The position numbers were made by a program, and so were the translations under genes. 64,000 nt of DNA from Yuukianura sp. NJ FZ-2021 (Eukaryota). Below the pieces are notes generated by a model. It ran no database searches. It was given only the letters and a program-made list of their open reading frames with translations, and was not told the origin of the DNA. The DNA lies in the NCBI GenBank assembly GCA_046563655.1, contig CM102286.1:13082001-13146000 (forward strand). Direction: 5' to 3'. Numbering within the stretch: the first letter of the stretch is position 1; every line of letters begins with the position of its first letter. Shown here in pieces: positions 12,303 through 24,149 of this stretch.

Positions 12303-13046
12303 ATGGGTGCCTGGAACAGCGTTACAATTGTACTTTGCCTGGGTGTATTGTTACCGTTTGTTGTGGAATGTAACATTGGTCAAGTTACAATCAAAGATGG
12401 ATTCTACAAAGTCAGTAATTTGGCAGACGGAACGGTAAAATTTTAGACCAAATTGTACATTTTTTTTTTTCAAAATTTTAAAACTTACACAAGTGCTTCT
12501 TCAGGTTTTGACGGCGACGAGAAAAGGACCGAGGCCACATGAAGTGATTACGATTTTTTACGATAATCAAGCCACTCAACAATGGAAAGTCAAGTCCAAA
12601 CCGCAGCGTAAGCTATAGAAATCTGAAAAATTATTAACTGAATTTTTGAAATTGTAATTCTTTGAAATTTTGCAGCTGGAATGCCTCAACCACTTCAAAT
12701 TATTCGCAACGAACAAATTCGAGAGAACGAAGTGACGAAGGAACCAAACTACGACGAAAATGGTCGTGAATTTATTCCGTTAGATTGGAACTTTATTACG
12801 GATCCAGCAGGACGCAAGAACACTTACGTTCTGTTCAACGGAGTTGGATGTCTCATTGGAAATGGGTAAGATTCAAAATTTCTAAAAAGAAAACAAATCA
12901 ATTTTTTTGAACTTGAAATTTTTTCATCCTATTTCTTCTATTCCAATAGACGTGGACAACGAATTACAATTGAATTCTGTGATATCAGTAGTCCGAAGGA
13001 CAATCAACTTTGGCAGATGGAGTTTCTCTACAACATTCCAAAATAA
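12303..13046 (+). CDS. Secreted ricin-B / beta-trefoil lectin-like protein; exons 12303-12434, 12505-12607, 12676-12865, 12950-13046; ~173 aa
   Basis: Signal peptide MGAWNSVTIVLCLGVLLPFVVEC is followed by DGFYKVSNLADGTVL, TQQWK, GCLIGNGRGQRITIEFCD and DNQLWQ. These are QxW repeats plus a CL...C pair typical of ricin-B subdomains. Four exons join in frame through canonical GT-AG introns. Confidence 0.75.
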
Positions 13047-15404
13047 AGAACAACTCAAATTCCAAATTAAACTTTCAAAAAATTTCAAAAAAAATTTGAA
13101 ATTTTTCTACCATTTTCCTATTGTGTGTTAGTGCAAAACTTACTTTCTCTCCTTTCACCACCTTTTATAAGAGTTCGACTTAATTCAAGCGAAAGTCCGT
13201 CAGATGGTAGTGCTTTCTGGTTTTTTAGCGGCATTTGGAAAAACAAAACAACAAAAATTTGTGTTTTTCTAGAAAAGTAGTAAAACTAGAAATAAAAATA
13301 CTAATAGCTGGAGAGCATGTGGATACAAGCACCAACTTTTAATTGACACAGTAAACATTTTTAGTTGATAATCAAAATGGGATTGGGAAAGTCGGAACTA
13401 AAATCTGATTAACGTCTCTCTCAATCCCGAAACTTTTCCGCGTCATTTTTTACTCTTAGTTTATACGATTACGGTTTAGTTGAATTTTAGAACAGAACAC
13501 ACGAGTCTGAGCTTGCGCTGCGTGAAGCGGTGCAAAATGTTTAGTCGATCTTCAAAAAATTTTGTGTTTAAGAGGAAACTATAAAATGTTGAAAGTGACT
13601 ATGAAATTTTTACTTTTTTTGGCCATCAATAGACTTCTCCCGTTACGTTAGTTTTTTCCCGCCAAACAAAATCCACATTTGACGGAATACCTGTCATTTC
13701 GAGTTGAAATAAAAAATGGCGCGCGGAGGAGGTAAGCACTGCTGTGACTAACTCCCGTGTCCTACTTTAGTTTTATCTCTGAAAACCACGGTCTCCGCAG
13801 CGCTGCTTTCACCGGTTGGTGCTGTTACTAAAAAAAAGTTGAGGGAAAATTAAATTGTGAATGTCCGCTAAATTCACTTTTCGTTTCTCTACTTTATGAC
13901 TTACAGTGTCTTGGCTCTGGGCGACATTCAGAAGAAAGTGGAGGATTCAAGGTGACTGATTTTAGGGTTTTGAGTTTAAGTGATTTTCGTTTTGGAACAA
14001 AATCCTAAGAAAATCCGTTCAATCTGTTCTTTTTCTCCGAAGATGCAACTTTAAACCTCTGCGGATTTCGTTTGACAATGGAGCAAGAAGTAACTGGATA
14101 CTTCCTAGAAAGTGGAGTTCCAATTCTAAAAAACTTTGTCTCTTGCTTCCGAGTCTTCTTCACCTGTCTAACGTTTGCTCTTTTTGGTTTAAAATCAGAT
14201 TGAACTGGATTTATGATGTTACAGTTCCAGAACACTTCTAGCTATATCTTTCTCAATTTCTCCATCAAGAGCATCAGATAAGTCGGACGAGTTTGAAATT
14301 CTAGAACATTTCTCATTTTGTTACTTTGCTTTTTTTCCTTGAAATTGGGTCTGAAACAGGGAAAAAAAAGTGGCTTTAAAGACCAATATTAAAATTACGG
14401 TTGGATATATTTTAAACTTTAACTTTCATCACTTTCACCACCAAACTTGTAAGCAGCTATAGGCAAAAATTTTTTAAATAAATGTGTGTATTTTTGTACA
14501 TGATGTTTTTGTGAGTTTTCAAAAAAAAAGCGGAAGAATATCGAATGCGAATTTACTTGAAAATTTTAACTTTCTGCAATTTTTTTTTGCTTGACCTACA
14601 CTTTGCCAATCACGGTTTCCTGACCTTTCCCATGTTCCTACTGTTTTGGCCTCTGACTCTTTTTGTGTTACGTTGCGTTTTTTTCTTTCGCCTTTTTGAA
14701 CTTTTGTTGTTGTTTTTTTTTGCCAACAAGAAAGAGGAGATAGGACAGTGACATATATTTAGGAATTCCTTTTCTTGTATTTAATTAAGACAAATAGACT
14801 GTTTTATTTGGAGAGAGACAGGTATTTTCTTCTACGAAAATGACTCCATTTGAGCATTAGAGCACTTTCACTTACTTTCTCCACTCAAAAGGAGCCTCTA
14901 TTTCCAGGAGGAATAATAAAACAAATGCGCAGTTTCTCTAAATTAAGCTCATCAACTTACCCATCACTCTTCACTTTAAATTTAAAACGAGATTTGTAGG
15001 GCAAGGTTTTTTTCAAGCGCTTTTTAACGAATCAGAAACAGCATACACACAGTTTTCTGCTTAGGAAAATTTCACTTTAAAAATTTTTTAAAAGAATTCC
15101 CGCCATGGCAACCCGAAAAATAAATTTTTTGGTTTTAAAAACAAAATATATATTTTTAGGAGGCATACACGTTTATAAATAAAATGATTGTAAAGGTTTT
15201 TGAAAAGTTGTAAAAATTTGTAAAAACTTTTAGGTTTTTGTAAACTTCACTTCAAGGTGAGATTGCATATTCGGGCAGAATTTCAATTTTCGTTATTTCT
15301 TGAAAATCAAGGTGTTTTTTTATGCGAAATTGTTATATTTGGCCAACAGAGTTCGAGAGGTCATGGAATTGTTGACCTTTAGTAAACTCAGTTCTCAAAC
15401 TAAC

Positions 15405-15905
15405 ATGGCTCGCTTCGTTGTCACTTCATTGATGCTCTGCTCACTGTGGATCTTCCAAGCATCAAATGCTGCCTCAGCGCAAATGACCTCTGACCTCTCA
15501 AATGAATTACGAATCTGGAGCAGTGTTGTTCATGACCCCGATGCAACCGTCAACCTGAAACGCATGAAACGTCATTCCTTGGAGGGAGAAGCATTGCCAA
15601 ATCCAGAAGATGAAGAATACGAAGAAGAATACGAAGAAGATGAAGAAGAGGAGGGGGCAGGCGAAGAAGAAGAAATTGATGAGGATAACCCGGCAGATTT
15701 GGTGGCGCATCAGATTAAGATTGAACCTGAAGATGAAGACCTGTTTCCTCCAGACTGCTCGATACTGTACAAAGTCATTGCAGACTTTGAAGGAAGACAA
15801 GCGGCACGTCGTAACTCAACGTCAGGTCAAGAGTCAACAAAGGTCAAAGGTCAACTCTCACTACTCGTCTACACTCCTCTCCTCATGGGCATTTTTCTTC
15901 CATAA
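15405..15905 (+). CDS. Acidic secreted or GPI-anchored protein of unknown function; single coding exon, ~166 aa
   Basis: ORF in AACATGG context with signal peptide MARFVVTSLMLCSLWIFQASNA, a KRMKR cleavage motif, a long Glu/Asp tract and a hydrophobic C-terminal tail (LSLLVYTPLLMGIFLP). AATAAA at 15971. An alternative in-frame ATG lies at 15363. Confidence 0.7.
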   Translation: MARFVVTSLMLCSLWIFQASNAASAQMTSDLSNELRIWSSVVHDPDATVNLKRMKRHSLEGEALPNPEDEEYEEEYEEDEEEEGAGEEEEIDEDNPADLVAHQIKIEPEDEDLFPPDCSILYKVIADFEGRQAARRNSTSGQESTKVKGQLSLLVYTPLLMGIFLP

Positions 15906-18900
15906 ACACACTTTTCAATCAATTTCAACAAAAATCAAAAGTCATTTAAAGTTTTCATTCACTCTGCGGCAATAAATCGAATCATGTTACACAAAAAATA
16001 CAATTTTGAAATTCCTATGTTTTTACTGTTTTGTACAAAAAAATTGCAATTTTGTTCACCCTTCAAGTTGTAATTGTTTCTTCTTTAAATTGAGAAATGA
16101 AACTTCACTATAAATATTCATGACGAGGGTTTCCATAATGAGTTTTTAGTTAGTTTTGCTTTTTGTTCTTCAAAATTTGATCGTTCCGGAATCAGGTCAT
16201 GTCCAGTACACTTACAAAATTCTTTTTTATGAAAACAGTGGGAGCAAAAGTGAAAGTTTTTAGCGGGAGGTCACGTTTTCGTCAAATGGCGAATTTTCAT
16301 TGTTCCTCTCTCTTACTTTTTTTTTTCAAACGTCAGCCTTTACCGAAACTTTTAATCTCGGATTTCGAGTTTGAGATCTACAGTACCAAAACTTTTAAAA
16401 ATAAATTGCCACTCCAGTTAAAAAGAAAACGAAAAATGTTTTTGAAAAAAAAACTTTTTAGAGTTGATGTTTCACACCAGTGACACACTTTTTCAAAAAA
16501 ATGGAGACAAAAAGGAGGGAGGGTGTGACGTGACTGTGACAACTTGGCTCTGGTCACTTGTGGTTAGTTTTCACAGATGAAAATTAATAGCGATATGGCA
16601 GTGCCAAAATTTAAATAACCTTATTTTTGTGTTGATGAAGACAAAAGTTGTAAAAGATGACATTGACATATTTTCTTCATCTTAAAAATTTCGCACAAGT
16701 CCTGCTTGACTTTAGAAGTTTTCCAGTTCATTTGACTTTCCTTTGTGACAATGAAATCCTATTTACATCTATTCGGACATTTTCTTACCAGACCTCCACA
16801 GTTTACTTTACGAATGAAAAGACTTTCTCCCAACCAAGGAGGGAGTAACTACCCCACTCGCATAAATTTTTGTCTTTTTGGAACAACGTAGTTTTTGTGT
16901 TTCCTACATCTTCAAATTCACCTGAGACACTAAGAACAATTGAAACAAATCGGACTCCATTAATTTTAATGAAACTTTAACTGATGATACAAAGCTACTC
17001 ATTTTCATTAGCTCTTTATTTTTCTCCTTTTGCGACAACCAAATTGAGGTCACATGATTTGACAAAAAAGGTCATCAACAGCCTGACCTAGACTGATTGC
17101 TTTTCTAGTTGAAGTAAATGAACAAAAATTTTGGAAAATTTTGAAACTGTCCGCTCTTCCGTGACAGCTAAAGTGGCATTTTCAAGTTTCTTTTTCAACT
17201 TAGCCAGTGAGTGGCAATATTTCGTGGTTATTTGGTTGAAATTAATGAGGAACCGGGAGCTTTCAAAGAAAAAGTTTAGTGAATTGGAAAGGAGAGGAGA
17301 AAGTTGTAGGAAAAGTCCCAGCAGAACTAAAGTCTTAGCAAGCCCAAAGCCAAGGCAGCATTATTAACCAAAAGGAAATTCACTTTAAAATTTCCCTCCA
17401 TTTCCGTCTTCCATCACTCCCTCTCTTGATGTCAAAATATTTCAGAACATTTTTAGATGGAAAAGCCCACTTATGCTTATAAAGTATTGATTTACGGCTG
17501 TAGGCTTTTATTTTGAAAAGTTAAAAAGCTAGCAAGGACTAAAAACTTCAAAACAGAAACTTGAAACTAAAAAGTAGCTTTAGGACTTTTGAATTTGTGC
17601 AAAGCGTGGGCGTATATGTCAAAACTTATGGCAAAAATTTGTATATAATTGCAGATATTTTTATTGCAAATTACTTCCCACTAGTGTAAGTCTTCTTGCC
17701 TTTCTGCCTTATATGATATCCGTTGTTTTTTTTTGTCACTTGTTTTCTGCTTTAAATACGAAATTTTGAAAAACGACTACAGTTGAAAATGAATTCAGAA
17801 GGTGGAATGTGTTTTTCTATTGAACATTTTTTGCAATGTTTAAAATATGCAAATTACTTTTGATTACCTTTTTAGCTTTCTCCTGTTTCTTGAAATTCTT
17901 ACAAAAAATTCTCTTCAACGGTTTGAATCGTAGCAGGTGAAATTCTTTGAGCATTCTTGTATGTGTGACTTTTTCCACGTTTCGTTATTCTTTGGATTTT
18001 TGAATGATCATATCCAGTCGGAAATGAAATGTTCTGTTCTTAGCATGTTCATCAAAAGTCTAAAGTTAAAGGATTCAGTTTTAATTAAGTTTATCAATTT
18101 ATCTCTGCCTGAAATCAGTAGAAAGTAGGAGCTTTTCGTTTTAAACTTTGAACAATGGTTGAATAAATGGAGAATAAGAAGAGCTTTCACCATTTTCAAA
18201 GACTTCCCTCCCTAACTTTTCTAATTACACAGTCGTTTGTTCCTGTTCAAAAATTTAAAAAAAACTAAAGCTCGACAATTCAAACTTCTTTTTTAATTTT
18301 AATTAGTTTTCTAATTCTACAGAACTTGGTTAGGTAAAGTTAGACATCCTACTAGACACACTTTTCACAAAAATCAGTTACAAAAATTCAGTTTGAATTT
18401 TTCTTAGTTTGAAAACTTTTCACACAAACTAAAAATAGATTTTCGAAACGCTTTTTCTCTTCGTCTGCGGAGAAACAAAGCCGTGGCGCGTCACTTTGAA
18501 ACACACGACGCTGGAGACTTTGTTTGTAAGTCCTTCGGTAGCCGTGTTTTCGAAGTCTCAAAATGCGTCAACAAGCTTTCTTTTTTCGAAAGTAGGATTT
18601 AAAAAAGGAAATTTGAAAAAAAGCACACTAAGGTGGCTTGAAAGGGATATATTTTCCAACGCTAAAAACCTTTCCAGAGCAGTATAAATTCAGTGTATGT
18701 ACCGATCTGCCTTTCCCCTCATCCTATTGGTGGTGAAAGCATAAGAAGTAACTGTACGTGGTGAGCATCTGTTGGAGACTATTTTTTTAGACTCACAAGC
18801 CTAAAAAAGCCTAAAAAGTGACAGCTCGGAAAAACGACGAATAAGCCTTTCCCGTGTCCCGTAGAATATTATGCGGATGCTTTCTCTCACGGCTTTCCAA

Positions 18901-21900
18901 ATGTAGTTATGCTCCTGTTAAGGCATTGAAAACAGTACTTTCTAGGAAACCAAGGATTCACAGGAGAAGAATAATAAGTGCTTTCTCTACAGCCGACTTT
19001 TTTAGCAAAAGAAAAGTTGTAAAAACAAGATCCAAAATAGAGAAAAACAAGAAGCAGATATGAGCTTTGTTTTTAGTTCAAAACGGAGAAAGTAAAAAAA
19101 TCTTTGTTTTATATTCACAGTACTTTTGCTTTTATTATTCCCACAGAACTACCGAAACAGAAACCACATTTGGAATCAAATTTTGTACTTTCACGTCCAA
19201 CTGAAAGTTGTAACACACTTTCTCCTTCTTTCTTTTTTATATTTTGTTCGTGGTTGAACAAACTGCGGTTTGGGAATTTGGCGGGCAGGCAGGGGACGTT
19301 TCTTTTAAAAAAAAGTTGGCAGCTAACTTCAAACTCGTCACAACTTTCTCCTTCTGCTGTTGCTTGATGTTACTAAAAGGATTTTGAAACTTGACTCAAG
19401 TCCAAACTTTTCGGCTTACGTAAAATGGATCCACCTTTTTCACGTTAGCATTTCTGAATGTTCTAAGATATGTCAAATACAAACACTAACCTCAAGTTTG
19501 CCTTGCCTAAACGTATTGTCTAAGGAATTGACTTATATTAAATATAAAAGTGGGTCAGAGTTGATCAATTTTTTTCTTGTTGGTTTAATTTCCAGCATAA
19601 CTTTCTTTTTAAGTACTTTTGGTCTGGTTTTTGGTTGAATTTGGTGAGGTGTAGGGTGGCCTAATGTTCAAATTTGTTGAAATTTTGCAACTCCGTAATG
19701 TGAACAAGGCGGAAAAGTTTAAAACCGGAAGGAAAGCTGTGCTGAAAGTTTTGCACCTCTTGGGAATAGGAAGCTGGAGATGAGATTTATGGGACAAGGG
19801 AAAGTAGGCGTAAGCCCATATGCGCCTCAGCGTTCGGCTCCCAACACCTTCGTCATAAATATCACAGTTGTCGTGTATTTAATTTCAATAGTTTTCAATT
19901 TTATCGGCTTTTCAAGTTTTCAAATTTGAAAAGAGATTTTTCTAGAAGAGGCATTCCGCCATATGTGTATTTTTCTAAAAAAAAAAGTTTTGGTCACAGG
20001 TAAAGTTTCTGCAAATTCCATCACGTTTGACGGTTATTGCAAAGTGCGAAAATCAGAATCTCAAAATTTGAAAACGGCGTAGGGAAAGTCTTTTTCTTTT
20101 TCCTAGGAAGTTACTTAAATTTTGAAATTTCCTAAATCTGAGATTTTTTGGACTTGTTATGTTGAGTTTTTTTTTCCAAAGTGCACGCAGTTATACTTTG
20201 CAGAATAGTATAACTCCATACGGTCATAAAAGTTACTTTTTGAATTTTAGAAAACTTGAAAAAGTAACGGCGTCTGCCGTTCTGCGGTTTTCTCAATTTC
20301 CATTTTCTTGCTGTTATTTCCTTCCGCTTTCTCCTGCTCTTTTTTGAATTGAATTCAATTTTTTGATAAAATAGCAAACCTATTTTCTTTTGTGGGTCAT
20401 GTCATCATCTGGTTTGAAATTTCCAAATACTTTAGCGTTTTTCATTCTGTTTTTTTAAAAACATGAACCCAACCAGTTACCGTCTGTCTTCAATGTTTTC
20501 GTACCAAAACTTTCAAAAAAAGCTGCGTTCAAAAAAAAAGTACGCGCGGGATATGACTAACCTGGGAAAAACGAAAAAGTGAAACTTGGAAAATGACTGT
20601 CCCTCAGTCGTCGTAAAATATGGCCTACCTGGTCCTTCGGTCATCAGCTTTTACGACTCCCGCTCTTTTTCTGTCGTCGGTGTCCGAAAAACTAGCATTT
20701 TCTTTTCTAGATATTTTCTAGAAAACATAGTTTTTTGTTCAACTTGCTTTTAGATCCAGGCTCCTAAGAAACCAAGAGACTTTAGATGACCAAACGCTGA
20801 AGTAAACTTCATTCCGAAGACTTTTTTCTGTAGTCGTGTCCCCTGCCTGGACCAATAATGACTCTGACAGACATGGGCAGCGCCACTTTTAGAACATGGA
20901 AAATGGCCCCTCCCTCCCTACACCATATGGACACTATCGTTTTTCTGGAACCTTAATCCAGAGCTGGGCAAACGTCTTCAAAATGGTTCTAAAAGTCCTT
21001 TGGGAAAAAGCATAAGGAAAAGTGAACTTGGAACTTTTTTGGACGAGAGAAAAGTAACGTCATACTTGTCCTTTTTGTGGGTCAACTTTTGAGATAAGGT
21101 TTCAAAGCTTTTTCGGTTTTTTTTGTTTACAAAACTCCGTTTTTTTCAAAATTTTATTTTTTCCTCTCCAAGCACACTTTTTCTTTACTAAAACTTGTTT
21201 TTTAAGATTAGGTTTAGGCTGTGCCAAAAAATTGGCATTCTGCTCCCCAATCGACCCGTTTTCCAAAATCAGGAAATAATTTTGAATAGGATCCTTGATT
21301 TGTGATGGCCTCATCATTTGTTGTGTATCTTCTTCAATGTTCAACGGTTTTTATAGATCCAAGACGTCGATACAAAGTTCTTCTTCAAACCTGAGCTTGA
21401 GATACTCCGAAAGGAACTCCTTCCAGAACTTTTCCTGGATCCTGGACCATAAAATCTTATGAACTTCAAGTGCTTGGATCAGCATCTCACGGGCGGATCT
21501 CTTCCGAAGAAGAAAAGTAGCGGAAAAAGTCCCACTTGAGTACACAAAGACGCGAACACCTTCCAGCCTAACTTATATCTTTCCCGCCGATTTTTTTTAT
21601 ACAAGATTTGAAAGTGAACAATGAAGAAAGGTTTGGCGGGAGAGTCAAAATTCCCAATGGAAAGGTTAGGATTAGGTTTCAGGTTAGGTTTAGGTTAAGT
21701 GCTATCTGTTGTATCTCCTCCCTTCCTCATCTCCAAATCTAGACAAAACATGATTTTCATATTTTCCATTTTCTCGTTTTGGCGCTACTCAACTTTTGTG
21801 TTTTGAAATTTTCCAAACAAAATGTGCCCATTAGCGTCACTTTTCCCGCTTTCACTTTTTCGGAGAACTCAAAATTTGAATTCAGGCGCCCGAAACATTA

Positions 21901-24149
21901 TGGCTTGATATGACTCGAGGAGACAGAATTGTCAAATTTACTCTGAAGTTGTTTCAACTCACTTTTAAAAATTGGTTTTTTGCGTTGTAGTTTTTTAGAA
22001 AAAAAAACTTGCAAAGGTGAAAGTTGTTTTTCTAAAATGTGGGGCCGTTTGTTCTTTAACGAAAATAGGCGAAGCTGTTGTCCCAGTTTTTTTATTTCAA
22101 CGAAAACAGGAACGCGCGGTTTTTTTGAACGGAGAAAGCTTTTGTACTGTAGAAAGCACACTCTGTCACAAAAGGAAAAAAGTCCCATTTGCTCTGTCAC
22201 ATCTTGGGCCCACAAAATTCATTGGTATTGCCTCCCCACTGACACAAATACTTGTCAATCCATGTTTCCCGTGGCTTTTGTATACCCAACACAGTCTAGT
22301 AAGGTTTAGGTGGTTAGGCTAACTTAACCTAACAGCAACGCCGACCAGCCTTTTCCAGTATGCTAACTAACCTAAAGAAGAAAGTCCTTCCTGTAGAAAG
22401 CCTTTCTCCAAAGTCAAAATACAAACCGCATCAGAATAATTTCAAAGGAAGCTCTACGTCTTCTCGCTTCTGCAAACTTCCTGCTTTCACCAGCTTCTTC
22501 TTCTGTTCTCCGCCATTGGATTTTTAAGATTTATGACCTCACTTCTGTTGACTCGAAAAAAAACTGTTTCTTTTTTAGATTTCAAAAAAGTGCGGGAAAT
22601 GGAGTCACTGTGCTGGAAACTAAGGCGCGACGACACCGTTTGGTTTTTAAAGCAGCCTCGTCGCATCCCTGGTGGGACTTGAGACTTTCTTTTTCCAATC
22701 AAAAGAAAACCGAAAAAACATAAAGTTTGGGCATGGACAATCGTAGATGACAAACACTTGAACGAAACCGTCAGTGTTTTTGATACAATATGAAACCGAT
22801 GACAGTTGACACAGAAAAACTTGTCAACGGGCGCCATTTTCTGTCCGAAAAAATAAATCATCCAACGAACCACAAGTCCTGGCTTTTCAAAAAAAATTGC
22901 GGTGACAAGACTATTCATGGCTGCTGTAACTCGGAAAATCTGGAGCGCGCGGTTTTTTAAATTAAAGTGTTATACTAGTCTGCTCTGTCATTTTGAATGA
23001 TTTGACTTTTTTGAACTTTGGAGCGGTGCGACGGGCGGAAGAAAAATGAATATGCATGTAATTTCAACTGATCCGTTTTTCCATTTTGGCATATCAATGC
23101 CTGCCACTTCAATTTTCACTTTCCACTTTCCAGTTTAACGCTCCCTCACACCTAGGATCAAGGATTAGTGAAAGCGGCGGGAGAGCGTAAAATTTTGGAA
23201 AAAAAAATTCCCGGTGGTTTTTTTTACTGCCCGCTTCAACTGTTCGCCTTCACGCTTCAACAAACTCTTTGAGAATTTTCACAATTTTTTTTTTGTAAAA
23301 AAAATGCGGGCGCTGGAACGCTTGTTTTATACTTTCCCGTTGCCTTTGGTTCTTGTGGTTTGCATTTTGTATTTACATTGCTTTGAGAACTTTCTCTTTA
23401 AACTTTTCCTCAACAAAGAACTTTTTAGAGCGAGTTCTCAACGCTTTCGCCCAGAAAGAAAATAAAAGAAGCGCTAATCTATCCATTTTGAAATTTCGGA
23501 AAAGGAAATTTTGAAAAAGAGAAATGTTTAGGGAAGGCGTTGGATAGGAAGAAAGTCCTGAGGGACTGAAAGCATTTAGGAAGCGATTCCCTTTAGAAGC
23601 CAACTGGGGCTCGAGTTCGCTCTATCATGATCAAGGTTTGACTCTGTGATAAATTGGTTGAAACTGAAAAGGAATACTGGGATTTAAAGAAGCATCGAAC
23701 GGAGCATTTATATCTACAAAACGTCAAGCAATAAATGTACACTTGGCAGACAGGCAGAAGTGCCTACTTTCTTGTTCTACAATTTTCTTTTAGAAATCTG
23801 TAATTTTTTAAAAAGAGAAAGAAAATCCATTTCGATTCTTCACTCTTGTGGATAAGTTCTCCAGAAATTAAATTCCAAATCCACGACAGCAATTTTTCTT
23901 AAAATCTAAACGAATCTGACATTAGGCTAAAATGCTTTCGAAGTGTACAGTTGTAAATTGATGATAAAAGAGTTGTCGAAAATTAGTAAGGTTACAGAGA
24001 CGTACGAAATTGAAGTCTGAAAAAATTTCGCAGAATTTTTTTTTCATAAAACGTAACTACAATTTAACTTAGGAGAAGTTAGTTTGTAGTTTGTGACTTT
24101 TTGTCTGTCTGCCTGTCCGCCCTCCAAAAAAGTTACTGAGCCTCATTTT

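Noticed and set aside
16000..24100. Numerous 60-140 aa ORFs (e.g. 21351-21545, 21980-22309, 22487-22918)
   Set aside because: They are Phe/Lys/Leu-rich translations of A/T tracts with no recognisable domains, and I could not build a phase-consistent exon chain.
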